A stretch of DNA of 64,000 bases from Fidelibacterota bacterium (lineage in GTDB: Bacteria > Fidelibacterota > Marinisomatia > Marinisomatales > TCS55): contig JBHHTW010000003.1 of the NCBI GenBank assembly GCA_046861385.1, positions 1 to 64,000 of the forward strand. Direction: 5' to 3'. This document shows positions 1 through 9,522 of the stretch, piece by piece. The position numbers and the translations under genes are program-made. How positions within the stretch are numbered: the stretch's first letter is position 1; every line of letters starts with the position of its first letter. A model generated the notes under the pieces. The model did not search any database. It was given only the letters and a program-made list of their open reading frames with translations, and was not told where the DNA came from.

Positions 1-63
1 ATTTTTTAAGAATATTTTTTCTATTCATTCAAAAGTTAGAAAATGATGACAACGAATTATTAC

Positions 64-95
64 AACTTTGCGGAAGTAAAAACTTTCGCAAAGTT
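64..95. repeat. REP-like inverted repeat (14-bp arms)
   Basis: AACTTTGCGGAAGT-aaaa-ACTTTCGCAAAGTT, one G-U-compatible mismatch; intergenic. Confidence 0.6.
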
Positions 96-157
96 TTTCC
101 TCAGATTATCTATAAATAATCATTATTTTTTTGAAATACATTTATAATTTATTTGCT

Positions 158-180
158 ATGTAATTATATTGTAATTACAT
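158..180. promoter_or_regulatory. Probable MazE/MazEF autoregulatory operator
   Basis: ATGTAATTA-tattg-TAATTACAT (9-5-9 perfect inverted repeat) ending 7 bp before the antitoxin ATG. Confidence 0.65.
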
Positions 181-187
181 TTTACGT

Positions 188-442
188 ATGAAAGCAAATG
201 TAATACCTATTGGAAACTCGCTGGGAATTCGTATTCCAAAACCTGTCATTAAACAATGTGGGTTTGAAAATGAAGTTGAACTTGAAGTCCATGAGCATGA
301 ACTAATCATAAGGACTGCACATCAACCAAGGCGAAACTGGAATGATGATTTCGCTCGTATGGCTCATCACAAAGATGATGAGCTCGTTATTTCAATTGCG
401 GAACCGGCATCTCAGTGGGATGATCAAGAATGGGAATGGTAG
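188..442 (+). CDS. mazE: AbrB/MazE/SpoVT family antitoxin
   Basis: IGNSLGIRIPK AbrB motif, acidic W-rich C-terminus, overlaps toxin gene. Confidence 0.9.
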   Translation: MKANVIPIGNSLGIRIPKPVIKQCGFENEVELEVHEHELIIRTAHQPRRNWNDDFARMAHHKDDELVISIAEPASQWDDQEWEW

Positions 443-759
443 TTAAACGCTTTGATGTTTTTCTTATCTCGTTAAATCCTACTGTTGGCCACGAAATCCA
501 AAAAACCCGGCCATGTTTAATTATTTCGCCTGATGAAATGAATGATCATATTAAAACAGTAATTGTCGCTCCTATGTCCACTAAGGGTCGGAATTATCCC
601 ACTAGAATTCCCTGTACATTTCATGGAAAAAAAGGGCAAGTTATTCTAGACCAGATACGAACTGTCGATAAAGCCAGACTAGTAAAAAAATTGGGTAGTA
701 TATCAATACCTATACAAAAAAAAGTATTTATAACACTTCAGGAAATGTTTACAAAATAA
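430..759 (+). CDS. mazF: PemK/MazF family endoribonuclease toxin (start 430 or 436)
   Basis: LNPTVGHEIQKTRPCLIIS and DQIRTVDKARL motifs. Confidence 0.92.
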   Translation: MGMVVKRFDVFLISLNPTVGHEIQKTRPCLIISPDEMNDHIKTVIVAPMSTKGRNYPTRIPCTFHGKKGQVILDQIRTVDKARLVKKLGSISIPIQKKVFITLQEMFTK

Positions 760-766
760 TATAAAT

Positions 767-2524
767 ATGTATAAACGAACTCACACCTGCGGAGAACTCC
801 GCAAAAAACATATTAACAAAACTATCCATCTCAACGGCTGGGTGAATACAGTCAGACTCCACGGACAAGTAATCTTTATTGATCTGCGGGATCGATATGG
901 AAAAACGCAAATCGTTTTTAATTCTGAAGATTATACAGGTGATTTCGAAGCAGTGAAAAAACTATCTATGGAGGATGTACTTTCCGTAAAGGGAGTAGTG
1001 CAAAATCGAGGAGAAGGAGCTATCAATCCTGATATGCAAACAGGAGAAATTGAAGTTCTTGTTGAATCAATGGAGTTGTTGAGCGAAACAGCGCCATTGC
1101 CTTTTATCATCACAGACCGGGATAGCGCTCTGGAAGATTTGCGGTTGAAATACCGCTACTTGGAACTACGTACAGACGAATTACAGAAGAACATATTGAC
1201 TCGCCATAAAACCTATCAAGCTGTGCGCCAATATTTAACGAATCATGATTTTGTGGAAATCGAAACTCCTATTTTGATGAAATCCACTCCGGAAGGCGCT
1301 CGCGATTTTCTGGTCCCCAGCCGCATTCACCACGGAAAATTTTACGCCCTGCCGCAATCACCACAACTTTATAAGCAAATTTTAATGATATCAGGCTTCG
1401 ACCGCTATTTTCAGATTGTGAAATGTTTCAGAGACGAAGATTTTCGGGCTGACCGCCAGCCGGAATTCACACAAATAGATGTTGAAATGTCCTTCGTTGA
1501 CGAAGAGGATATTTATAGCAATATGGAAGGACTGACAAGACATATATTTAAAGAAGTGAATAATGTTGATCTTCCGGATCCATTTCCGCGAATTACATTT
1601 GCTGAGGCCATGTCAAAATACGGTTCAGATAAACCGGATACTCGTTATGAGCTGTTTCTCCAGGATATAAAAGAATTCACTGATCGTTCTGATTTCAATG
1701 CTTTCAAATCTGTTGAATCGGTAAGAGCCATAGTTGTCCCCGGTGGTGCAAAATACTCCCGGAAGATTATAGATGGGTTAACTGATTTTGTTAAAAAGTA
1801 TAAAGCCAAAGGATTGGCATGGATGAAAGGGAAAGATGACCAGCTTTCCGGTGGTATTGCCAAATTCCTTTCCGGCGATTTACAGAAAGACCTTATCGAT
1901 TCCACGGGAATAAATAACGGCGATATCATTTTCATCATTGGAGATGAAAGGTCCGTCGTTGAACCGGCCCTAGGTGCCCTAAGAGTGGAGATTGCTAAAC
2001 GTGAAGGGTTAGCAGATCCAAATATATACAAACCCTTATGGGTTACATCTTTCCCCATGTTTGAGTATGATGAAGATGAAAACCGGTACATGGCAATGCA
2101 CCATCCTTTCACAGCGCCTCAGCAAAATGATATTGAAAAACTGGAAACGGATCCCGCTTCCGTACTTTCCAGAGGTTATGATTTGACAATGAACGGTCAT
2201 GAAATTGCCGGTGGTTCCATCCGTATTCATTCCCCGGAAATTCAGAATAAAGTATTCTCTCTCCTGGGATTGAGTCTAGAAGATGCCAAAGAAAAATTCG
2301 GTTTCCTTGTGGAAGCCCTGACCTATGGCGCTCCGCCTCATGGCGGTATTGCTTTTGGTTTTGACAGACTGGTCATGATCTTGACCAGTTCAAATAATAT
2401 CCGTGATGTTATTGCATTTCCAAAAACAACATCGGCTATTTCTCTAATGGATGATGCTCCAAACATTGTGAGTCAGCAGCAGTTAAACGAATTGGGAATT
2501 CAATTAAAACCTGACAAAAACTAA
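767..2524 (+). CDS. aspS: Aspartate--tRNA ligase
   Basis: RTHTCGEL, STPEGARDFLVP, QSPQLYKQ, HHPFT, GAPPHGGIAFGFDR. Confidence 0.98.
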   Translation: MYKRTHTCGELRKKHINKTIHLNGWVNTVRLHGQVIFIDLRDRYGKTQIVFNSEDYTGDFEAVKKLSMEDVLSVKGVVQNRGEGAINPDMQTGEIEVLVESMELLSETAPLPFIITDRDSALEDLRLKYRYLELRTDELQKNILTRHKTYQAVRQYLTNHDFVEIETPILMKSTPEGARDFLVPSRIHHGKFYALPQSPQLYKQILMISGFDRYFQIVKCFRDEDFRADRQPEFTQIDVEMSFVDEEDIYSNMEGLTRHIFKEVNNVDLPDPFPRITFAEAMSKYGSDKPDTRYELFLQDIKEFTDRSDFNAFKSVESVRAIVVPGGAKYSRKIIDGLTDFVKKYKAKGLAWMKGKDDQLSGGIAKFLSGDLQKDLIDSTGINNGDIIFIIGDERSVVEPALGALRVEIAKREGLADPNIYKPLWVTSFPMFEYDEDENRYMAMHHPFTAPQQNDIEKLETDPASVLSRGYDLTMNGHEIAGGSIRIHSPEIQNKVFSLLGLSLEDAKEKFGFLVEALTYGAPPHGGIAFGFDRLVMILTSSNNIRDVIAFPKTTSAISLMDDAPNIVSQQQLNELGIQLKPDKN

Positions 2525-2526
2525 AA

Positions 2527-2587
2527 TACAACAGACAAGAATGTCTGTTGTACAAAAAATCTGTAGTACAGACATTTCTGTCTGTAC
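2527..2587. repeat. Pair of oppositely oriented GTA(G)-type REP-like palindromes
   Basis: TACAACAGACA-agaa-TGTCTGTTGTAc (2527-2553) and gtaGTACAGACA-tttc-TGTCTGTAC (2563-2587) share an ACAGACA-N4-TGTCTGT core. Confidence 0.7.
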
Positions 2588-2603
2588 AAATGATAAACAA
2601 GAA

Positions 2604-3452
2604 ATGACCAACACACATCAAGGAAAAATCTGCATCATTACCGGCGCCACTGACGGCATTGGCAAAGAAGCAGCATTGAATCTGGCAGGCATTGGATTTA
2701 CCCTGGGTCTAGTGGGCCGAAATCCGGATAAAATTTCATCTACACTTGCTGAAATCCAATCAGTAACTGGAAATGATAATATCACCTTTTTCCTAGCTGA
2801 TCTTTCTTTAATGAATGAAGTCCGTCGTTTGGGAGAAGAAATTCAGTCTACATTTGATAGAATTGACGTTCTTCTGAATAATGCCGGAGCATATATCGCC
2901 GATTTTGGAAAAACAGATGAAGGTTTTGAACGAACTTTTGCTTTGAATCATTTGTCGTATTTTTTACTGACAGATATGTTATTAGACACTTTAAAATCAA
3001 CATCAAAGTCTCGAATTGTTAATGTTGCTTCTAATGCTCATATTAATACGAATCTGGATTTTGATAATTTGCAGGGTTTCAAAGGTTATAAAGGCTGGTC
3101 GGCATACTGCAAATCGAAATTATGCAATATTATGTTTACTTATGAGCTTGCTAGACGTCTCGAAAACACCAGTACAACGGCCAATTGCCTTCATCCGGGT
3201 TTTGTGAAAACGAATTTCGGAGAAGATAATCGACGCAGTGTCCGGTTGAGTTTGATCGCCGCAAAGGCCGTTAGTGCCATTAATGTTAAAAAAGGAGCAA
3301 AGACAAGTATTTATCTGGCATCGTCTTCAGAAGTAGAAGGTGTGAGTGGAAAATATTTTGCCAAGTGCAAACCAAAAGACAGTTCTCCACAGTCATACGT
3401 AATTGAGGACCAGAAGCGTCTCTGGGATATAAGTGAACAGCTTTTGAGCTGA
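2604..3452 (+). CDS. Short-chain dehydrogenase/reductase (retinol dehydrogenase/WWOX-like)
   Basis: TGATDGIG, NNAG, YCKSK, LHPGFVKT; ATG 2604 preferred because track start 2541 lies within the REP pair. Confidence 0.9.
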   Translation: MTNTHQGKICIITGATDGIGKEAALNLAGIGFTLGLVGRNPDKISSTLAEIQSVTGNDNITFFLADLSLMNEVRRLGEEIQSTFDRIDVLLNNAGAYIADFGKTDEGFERTFALNHLSYFLLTDMLLDTLKSTSKSRIVNVASNAHINTNLDFDNLQGFKGYKGWSAYCKSKLCNIMFTYELARRLENTSTTANCLHPGFVKTNFGEDNRRSVRLSLIAAKAVSAINVKKGAKTSIYLASSSEVEGVSGKYFAKCKPKDSSPQSYVIEDQKRLWDISEQLLS

Positions 3453-3534
3453 TATTAATACCAATATTAGTAAAATCATTTATCTAACCACCTACGGGTG
3501 GAAAGACCCTATTTCTATTTCTTTAATTAAAAAA

Positions 3535-3676
3535 TGTCATCGCGAAGGAGTTTCGACCCTTGGGTCGGAACGACTGCAGCGATCACCTTGCAATAAATAA
3601 TACAGATATCATTATCCCCGAATACTTTTATTTCCAAGGAGATAGCTTCTCCGCCAGCGGGCGGATCGCCATGACA
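3535..3676. repeat. MITE/REP-like palindromic element (TGTCATCGCGA...TCGCCATGACA family)
   Basis: Terminal inverted repeats TGTCATcGCGA / TCGCcATGACA; internal GCGATC...GAGATAGCTTC; related copy at 57578-57673. Confidence 0.7.
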
Positions 3677-3744
3677 AAATGTTTATTAAGTAATAAAAAA
3701 ATAGTCCTCCTTTTCTTTTTCTATTTCTTATACTACATTCGTTC

Positions 3745-4461
3745 ATGAGACGCATTTATTATTTACTGTGGCTTTTTTTCTGGATTCAAAACCCTGTTTT
3801 TTCACAGGTAGAAAATTGGGAAGCGAAAGCCAAAATAATGGTGGATAGTCAGATAATGGCTCGTGGCGTTACAAACGAAAATCTTTTAAACATTATGCGA
3901 CTCACACCACGCCACGAATTTATTCCAATGGAACAACATCCATACGCCTATATGGATTCTCCACTACACATCGGCTTTGATCAAACGATTTCTCAACCGT
4001 ATATCGTTGGTCTTATGACCTCATTATTGGAATTGAAAGGAGACGAGAAAGTATTGGAGATTGGTACTGGATCCGGTTACCAGGCTGCGATATTATCCCC
4101 TCTATCTAATGAAGTGTTTTCAATTGAAATCGTAAAAGGATTGGCAGAAAGATCAGCAAAAACATTAAAAAGCCTAGGCTATGAAAACATTCATGTAAAA
4201 TGGGGTGACGGCTATCAAGGCTGGCCGGATGAAGCGCCATTTGATGCTATCATTGTTACTGCAGCTCCACCGGAGGTACCACCAAAATTGTTTGAGCAAC
4301 TAAATGTCGGTGGAAAATTAGTAATTCCTGTTGGAAGACTTTGGCAGGAATTATTGATAATCACCAAACTGGAAGGTGAAATCATGGATAAAAAATCGGT
4401 GATTCCAGTGCGCTTTGTACCCATGATTCATCCGGAAAAACCGATTCCGGGACAGGATTAA
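3745..4461 (+). CDS. pcm: Protein-L-isoaspartate O-methyltransferase
   Basis: [47 protein letters not shown]. Confidence 0.95.
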   Translation: MRRIYYLLWLFFWIQNPVFSQVENWEAKAKIMVDSQIMARGVTNENLLNIMRLTPRHEFIPMEQHPYAYMDSPLHIGFDQTISQPYIVGLMTSLLELKGDEKVLEIGTGSGYQAAILSPLSNEVFSIEIVKGLAERSAKTLKSLGYENIHVKWGDGYQGWPDEAPFDAIIVTAAPPEVPPKLFEQLNVGGKLVIPVGRLWQELLIITKLEGEIMDKKSVIPVRFVPMIHPEKPIPGQD

Positions 4462-4967
4462 CAAATCAGTAATGATTGATAAATAGAATAATTTTCCTCA
4501 TCAAAACAGCAAAAGATGACTTGTTTTATTATTTCATTATTTTCTAAATAATTCTGAATGGTGGTAACAGCAATTTCTGCTGCCAACTCTTTTGGAAAAT
4601 GATACACACCCGTACTAATATTTGGAAAGGCGATTGTTTTGAGATCATTTTGATTTGATAAAATCAGACTGTTTTGATAGCATTGTTTTAACAATTTTTC
4701 CTCATCCTTTTTTCCATCATACCAGACTGGACCGACCGTATGAATCACAAACTTCGCAGATAGATTATACCCTTTTGTTAAACGTGCTTCACCCGTAGGA
4801 CAGCCTCCGAGCATTTTGCATTCTGCCAGAAGTTCTGGTCCCCCAGCCTTGTGAACGGCGCCATCCACACCGCCTCCACCAAGTAGAGTGGTATTGGCTG
4901 CGTTGACAATTGCATCCACTTTTAATTTCGTAATATCACCTTGAACTATTGAAATTCGATTTTTCAT
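4458..4967 (-). CDS. ymdB: Macrodomain O-acetyl-ADP-ribose deacetylase (YmdB-like)
   Basis: [42 protein letters not shown]. Confidence 0.9.
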   Translation of the reverse strand: MKNRISIVQGDITKLKVDAIVNAANTTLLGGGGVDGAVHKAGGPELLAECKMLGGCPTGEARLTKGYNLSAKFVIHTVGPVWYDGKKDEEKLLKQCYQNSLILSNQNDLKTIAFPNISTGVYHFPKELAAEIAVTTIQNYLENNEIIKQVIFCCFDEENYSIYQSLLIC

Positions 4968-5032
4968 ACCTTCGTCTCGATAAAATGTTCTTGTAATATT
5001 ATGTTAAGTTTAGAAGTGATTTCAACGGATTA

Positions 5033-5743
5033 ATGGATATAAAAGTAATAGATACAAAAAAGTTCAAGAGAATTGTATTTTTTACCGGTGCCGGAATGTC
5101 CGCTGAATCAGGTGTTCCCACGTACCGTGGCGAAGGAGGCATCTGGTATAAATACAAGTGGGAAGAATATGCTTGTCAAGATGCATGGAGAAGAAACCCG
5201 GAAAAGGTATTTGATTTCCATGATTTGCGCAGGGAAGAGGCATTGAAATGTTTTCCCCACACGGGACATGAAATGATTACCAATATCCAAAATTCTCATC
5301 CGGATGTGACTGTAGTTACCCAAAATATAGATGGAATGCATCAACGGGCAGGAACAGAAAATGTGATTGAACTTCATGGCAGTCTATGGAGGGTTCGTTG
5401 TGAAAAGGAAGGTGTGATAACTGAGGATTTAGCTGAAGGGCCCTTTACTAATAGAAAGTGTAAATGTGGAGCTTGGCTCCGGCCGGATATTATTTGGTTT
5501 AGCGATATGTTGAATCAAGCGGTGATCGAGATGGCGGATATAATCATTTCAAATTGTGATCTGTTTATCAGTATCGGTACGTCTGGAGTTGTGTGGCCGG
5601 CTGCAGGTTATCCTCAACTGGCTAAATCATCCGGGGCTTTGTGCATTGAAATAAATCCCGAACCCAGTGAATTGTCTAATATATTTGATCATAATTACCG
5701 AGGTAAAGCGGGTGAGATTCTTCCCAAACTATTTCTGTTGTGA
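5033..5743 (+). CDS. cobB: NAD-dependent protein deacylase (sirtuin)
   Basis: TGAGMSAESGVPTYR, TQNIDGMH, ELHGS, LRPDIIWF, GTSGVVWPAAG. Confidence 0.9.
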   Translation: MDIKVIDTKKFKRIVFFTGAGMSAESGVPTYRGEGGIWYKYKWEEYACQDAWRRNPEKVFDFHDLRREEALKCFPHTGHEMITNIQNSHPDVTVVTQNIDGMHQRAGTENVIELHGSLWRVRCEKEGVITEDLAEGPFTNRKCKCGAWLRPDIIWFSDMLNQAVIEMADIIISNCDLFISIGTSGVVWPAAGYPQLAKSSGALCIEINPEPSELSNIFDHNYRGKAGEILPKLFLL

Positions 5744-5870
5744 TATAGAACACGGTTTTCAATAGACTTTTAGTATTGGAGAACTATTTATAGGAAAATT
5801 TTCGATTATAAATTATGAAAATCAATCAAAAACTGACCGAATTAGGATTTATATAATTGCTTTTAAATAT

Positions 5871-6404
5871 TTACTTCCTTTTATATTTCCCCATTAATTC
5901 TGCTTTAGCTAAAACATGACCTACCATGGCTTTTTCTACCTTCTGTTTACTGCTTCCGTCCGGAACATCTAATTTCAAATCCAAAGCATAAAGTTTGAAG
6001 AAATAACGGTGGGTTCCTGACGGGGGACAGGGACCGCCATAATCATTTCTACCCCAGCTATTGCGTCCCTGCTTCACCCCGGATAATTTTGATACATTAA
6101 CATTTTCAGCGAAGTTTGTGAAATTGCTATCAATGTTAAATAGAATCCAATGATCCCATGTGCCCATGGGTGCGTCAGGATCGTCATTTATTAGAACAAA
6201 ACTAACGGTGTTTAATGGAGCATCACTCCAGAATAAGGGAGGAGAAATATCCTGCCCATCACAAGTATATATACTTGGGATTAGATCACCATTGGCAAAG
6301 ACACTGCTAGTCAAATTCATTTCAGCCTCCTTTGGCGTTGTATCTTGAACGCTCGTCAAGATACACGCTGATGTTATTAATAAAAATTTAATGTATATCA
6401 TCAC
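5871..6404 (-). CDS. YbhB/YbcL (PEBP) family protein
   Basis: DDPDAP..WDHW, YGGPCPPSGTHRYFF; hydrophobic N-terminus. Confidence 0.9.
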   Translation of the reverse strand: MMIYIKFLLITSACILTSVQDTTPKEAEMNLTSSVFANGDLIPSIYTCDGQDISPPLFWSDAPLNTVSFVLINDDPDAPMGTWDHWILFNIDSNFTNFAENVNVSKLSGVKQGRNSWGRNDYGGPCPPSGTHRYFFKLYALDLKLDVPDGSSKQKVEKAMVGHVLAKAELMGKYKRK

Positions 6405-6492
6405 TCATTGTACCCAATGTCGGGAAAAATTTCAAGGAATGTTTCTCAACCATTTATTTTCAAATATATATTGAAGTAAATTTTACCATAAT

Positions 6493-7086
6493 ATGAATCC
6501 AATTCTGATCACTACTGCCCTTCAATCCGAAGCGCGCCCGATAATTGCATTTTACAAAATGGTAAAAAGGCTGAAGAATAATAAGTTTTTTTATTTTCAG
6601 AAGGATGATATTATATGCCTAACTACAGGAGTAGGTGCCCAAAATGTTCGTAAACGATTATCTGCATTTTTGAAACAGACAGACTACGATTATTTGACAC
6701 TAATTAATGTGGGAATTGCTGGTGGTAAACGGGGTATTGCCGAAAAAGGATCCATGTATTTAGTTAGTAAAATTATTGACGAAAAAGATAAAAGTGTAAG
6801 AATAACAAATACCCAATTAAACAATGGATTAAAGAAATTGCATTTAACAACTGTGCCACAAGGTATAATCGATGGAGGAAAGAACTACAACGGATTGGTT
6901 GATATGGAGGCTGCGGCTATTTTTGATATTGCCACTCAATCTTCTTCCATTCAAGAAATGGTATTTTTAAAAATTGTATCCGATTATATGGAAGAAGTCT
7001 TGGATAGCCCTGAACAAGTATATCCTTTTATCAATAATCAACTGCATGAAATTGATAGAATGATTACCCTATGCCAAAATAGATAA
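6493..7086 (+). CDS. Nucleoside phosphorylase/MTAN-fold protein
   Basis: ALQSEA, TGVG, INVGIAGG, VDMEAAA, LKIVSD. Confidence 0.7.
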   Translation: MNPILITTALQSEARPIIAFYKMVKRLKNNKFFYFQKDDIICLTTGVGAQNVRKRLSAFLKQTDYDYLTLINVGIAGGKRGIAEKGSMYLVSKIIDEKDKSVRITNTQLNNGLKKLHLTTVPQGIIDGGKNYNGLVDMEAAAIFDIATQSSSIQEMVFLKIVSDYMEEVLDSPEQVYPFINNQLHEIDRMITLCQNR

Positions 7087-7098
7087 TAACAGAATATA

Positions 7099-7782
7099 TT
7101 ATTTAATTAATTTTTTTAATGGTCTAAGGACACCTGATATACTCTCATTTACGGCGTTTGAAAGACTCAATGAAGAATACCAATATGTATTTGTCCATAA
7201 GACATCACCCTTTCCAGCGCTGAGTAATTGTACAGTTATTCCGACTCGCGAAGGATCATATTCAATTCTTTCCGTTTCTGTTTTTATCCCTTTTTCCATG
7301 GTGGTCGTTTCCGTTGTGGTCGTTTCATAATGCACATTTTTCCTACCCTCCTTATCCGTTGACATTATGGGTTCGTCAACTGTCTTAACGGTGGTAATCA
7401 CCGATCCTTTATTATCGGTAAGCACTGGAATTACGATCACTCTATAATCCTTGAATTCAGTTATGGTACACAATAAAACGATATGAGATGAGGTGAGATT
7501 AATATCAACGTTATTATCGGTAATTCCGGTTTGATACAGTGTCGCTTCTTTGACCAACGCAGGCGTTGTTTCTCTTTCAACAACATTTAATCCCATTTTC
7601 ATTAAATGATAGACAATACTTTTATTGATAATTGAACCTGACCCTGGGAAAGATTTGTAATCCGGTGTCGGATAAATAATGATCGTTTTTATCCGAGTAA
7701 AATCAAACCCCGGCTGAATGACAGGTTTTTCCGTGCATGAATAAATAAAAAATGCCAATAGTGCAAAGGTGACCCTCCTCAT
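7099..7782 (-). CDS. Lipoprotein, CsgG/LpoB-like fold suspected
   Basis: Lipobox IYSC; MGLNVVER...LVKEA pattern; VGITVQLL...GDVLW. Confidence 0.55.
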   Translation of the reverse strand: MRRVTFALLAFFIYSCTEKPVIQPGFDFTRIKTIIIYPTPDYKSFPGSGSIINKSIVYHLMKMGLNVVERETTPALVKEATLYQTGITDNNVDINLTSSHIVLLCTITEFKDYRVIVIPVLTDNKGSVITTVKTVDEPIMSTDKEGRKNVHYETTTTETTTMEKGIKTETERIEYDPSRVGITVQLLSAGKGDVLWTNTYWYSSLSLSNAVNESISGVLRPLKKLIK

Positions 7783-7785
7783 GGC

Positions 7786-8109
7786 TTACTCCTTTAAATG
7801 GTTTATATGCACCTCTGCTTCTTTTCTCAATGAATCAGATTGAGCGAGGTTTAAACAATTTTCCCATGCGATCATTGCCTCAAGGTTATTCCCCAGTATT
7901 TCCTGTAATTGAGCTTCCAGCCTGTATATTTCGACCGAATTATCGTCAATATTTTTCGCCCGTTCAATATAGATGAGCGCTTGATCATAATCTTCATTTT
8001 GGATCGCAAGAATACTTTTATTGAGAAATTCATTTACATCCCCGGATTTTTGTGCACACAAACCGGAGATTGATAAGAGAAAAAAGAATAATAAGATTCG
8101 ATTAGTCAT
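7786..8109 (-). CDS. Exported TPR-repeat protein
   Basis: Signal peptide; EDYDQALIYIERA / GNNLEAMIAWENCL helices. Confidence 0.7.
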   Translation of the reverse strand: MTNRILLFFFLLSISGLCAQKSGDVNEFLNKSILAIQNEDYDQALIYIERAKNIDDNSVEIYRLEAQLQEILGNNLEAMIAWENCLNLAQSDSLRKEAEVHINHLKE

Positions 8110-8121
8110 GACAAAATCCTT

Positions 8122-8514
8122 TTAAAATTTTTGTATCGCTCTAAGCACATCTCTACGGCTTATTTGTCCCACGAGTTTCCCATTATCCACTACCGGCAAC
8201 CGGCGAAAACGGGATTCAAGAAAATACTCAGCAACATCCATCAGACCCATATTTGAAGAAATTGTACTAACTTTGTGGGACATATAATCTTTTACAAGTC
8301 CACCCATTTCATTATGATAGGTTGATTGTAAGAATGTTTTCATGCAATCGATTTCTGACAGCATCCCTACTAAATTACCGTCCTCATCAACAACAGGCGC
8401 TCCGGAAATCTTTTTAGATATTAACTGATCGATTGCGCTCAAAACCTGGGTGTCTGGAACAAAGGTAATCAATCTTTTTGTCATGATATTTGCAACAGAG
8501 ATATTTCTATTCAT
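8122..8514 (-). CDS. CBS-domain pair protein
   Basis: ISGAPVVD...LVGMLSEID and FRRLPVVD.GKLVGQISRRD. Confidence 0.9.
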   Translation of the reverse strand: MNRNISVANIMTKRLITFVPDTQVLSAIDQLISKKISGAPVVDEDGNLVGMLSEIDCMKTFLQSTYHNEMGGLVKDYMSHKVSTISSNMGLMDVAEYFLESRFRRLPVVDNGKLVGQISRRDVLRAIQKF

Positions 8515-8891
8515 GATGATTCCTCCTTATTTTTATTTTCAGGTTTCTGATCGACCATTTCTTTAACCGTTTCCATCACCTTTGGGGCAAGATCGAATAA
8601 TTTTCCAACAACAGTTTCCTTATCGCCCACCAAAAGCATCTTAGCTCCATCTTTTCCTATAACGATAAATGCTACAGGTTCGATGCTCCATCCTCCACCA
8701 ATGCCTTGACCTGATTCCATTTGTTTTGATTCTTTTCCTTCACCACCACCGGCTCCAAATCCAAACATTACTTTTGAAACTGGAATAAGAGTATGATCTC
8801 CAACCGATATAGGATCACCGACAACTGTTTTGGTCAACATTAAATTCTGAATCTCTTCAAGTGTTTTTTTAATAAGATTTGTTACACTCAT
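8511..8891 (-). CDS. YtfJ/GerW family protein
   Basis: TVVGDPI..LIPVSKVMFGFGAGGG...GGGWSIEPVAFIV. Confidence 0.85.
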   Translation of the reverse strand: MSVTNLIKKTLEEIQNLMLTKTVVGDPISVGDHTLIPVSKVMFGFGAGGGEGKESKQMESGQGIGGGWSIEPVAFIVIGKDGAKMLLVGDKETVVGKLFDLAPKVMETVKEMVDQKPENKNKEESS

Positions 8892-9481
8892 GGCATCCCC
8901 TTTATTTTGCGAAATTTTAAGTATGATAAGACTGCTTGAATCGTGGTAAAAACAGGTGAAAAACGAATATGCATATCGCCTTTTATATCAGTATTCATCA
9001 CTGGGGAAAATACCGGCTTAATTAAACATTCGAATTTTTTCAGTTTCACGATGCCGAATACTGCGTGAATATACCCCATAATTATTCCAGTGTACATTGG
9101 ATTTGATAACCCCAAATGTCCGGTAATAGATGATTCTTCCAGATGAATTGTTTTTAATATTGGCTTAATCAAATTTTTCTGTGGAATTTTCTTCAATAAA
9201 TTTTCGTTGTCTTCAGGAAATTTAAACTTAATTGGTTTTAAATCTAATGATTTAATAAAAAATGGTTTTCTGTATAAACCAAACGTTATGGACCCGGCAG
9301 GTAACATATGAACCCCAATACCACGGTTTTTATAACCAAAAAATAATCGAAGAGTTTTACTGACTTGCGAATCCTGTACGCTTAAAATACCCTGCAAACG
9401 AATTCGGACCGGGCAAACAATGATTAAAAGGAAAACCCCCATTAAGGTAAAGATACTCACTGATATAATCTTTAACATCAC
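8888..9481 (-). CDS. YtfI/DUF2953-like membrane-anchored protein
   Basis: N-terminal TM; GLSNPMYTGIIMG motif; overlaps ytfJ-like gene. Confidence 0.65.
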   Translation of the reverse strand: MMLKIISVSIFTLMGVFLLIIVCPVRIRLQGILSVQDSQVSKTLRLFFGYKNRGIGVHMLPAGSITFGLYRKPFFIKSLDLKPIKFKFPEDNENLLKKIPQKNLIKPILKTIHLEESSITGHLGLSNPMYTGIIMGYIHAVFGIVKLKKFECLIKPVFSPVMNTDIKGDMHIRFSPVFTTIQAVLSYLKFRKIKGMP

Positions 9482-9522
9482 AGCAAAATTTGACTCAACT
9501 ATGATTGGATTACCAGAAGAAT

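Noticed and set aside
2541-2603. N-terminal extension of the SDR
   Set aside because: Translated REP palindromes, not SDR sequence
3560-3748. 62-aa ORF
   Set aside because: Lies within the palindromic repeat; no protein motifs
4458-5743. Sir2 + macrodomain as an anti-phage (Thoeris-like) or SirTM system
   Set aside because: Both look like housekeeping CobB/YmdB; they are divergent, with no TIR, SLOG, TM-macro or GcvH-L/LplA partner
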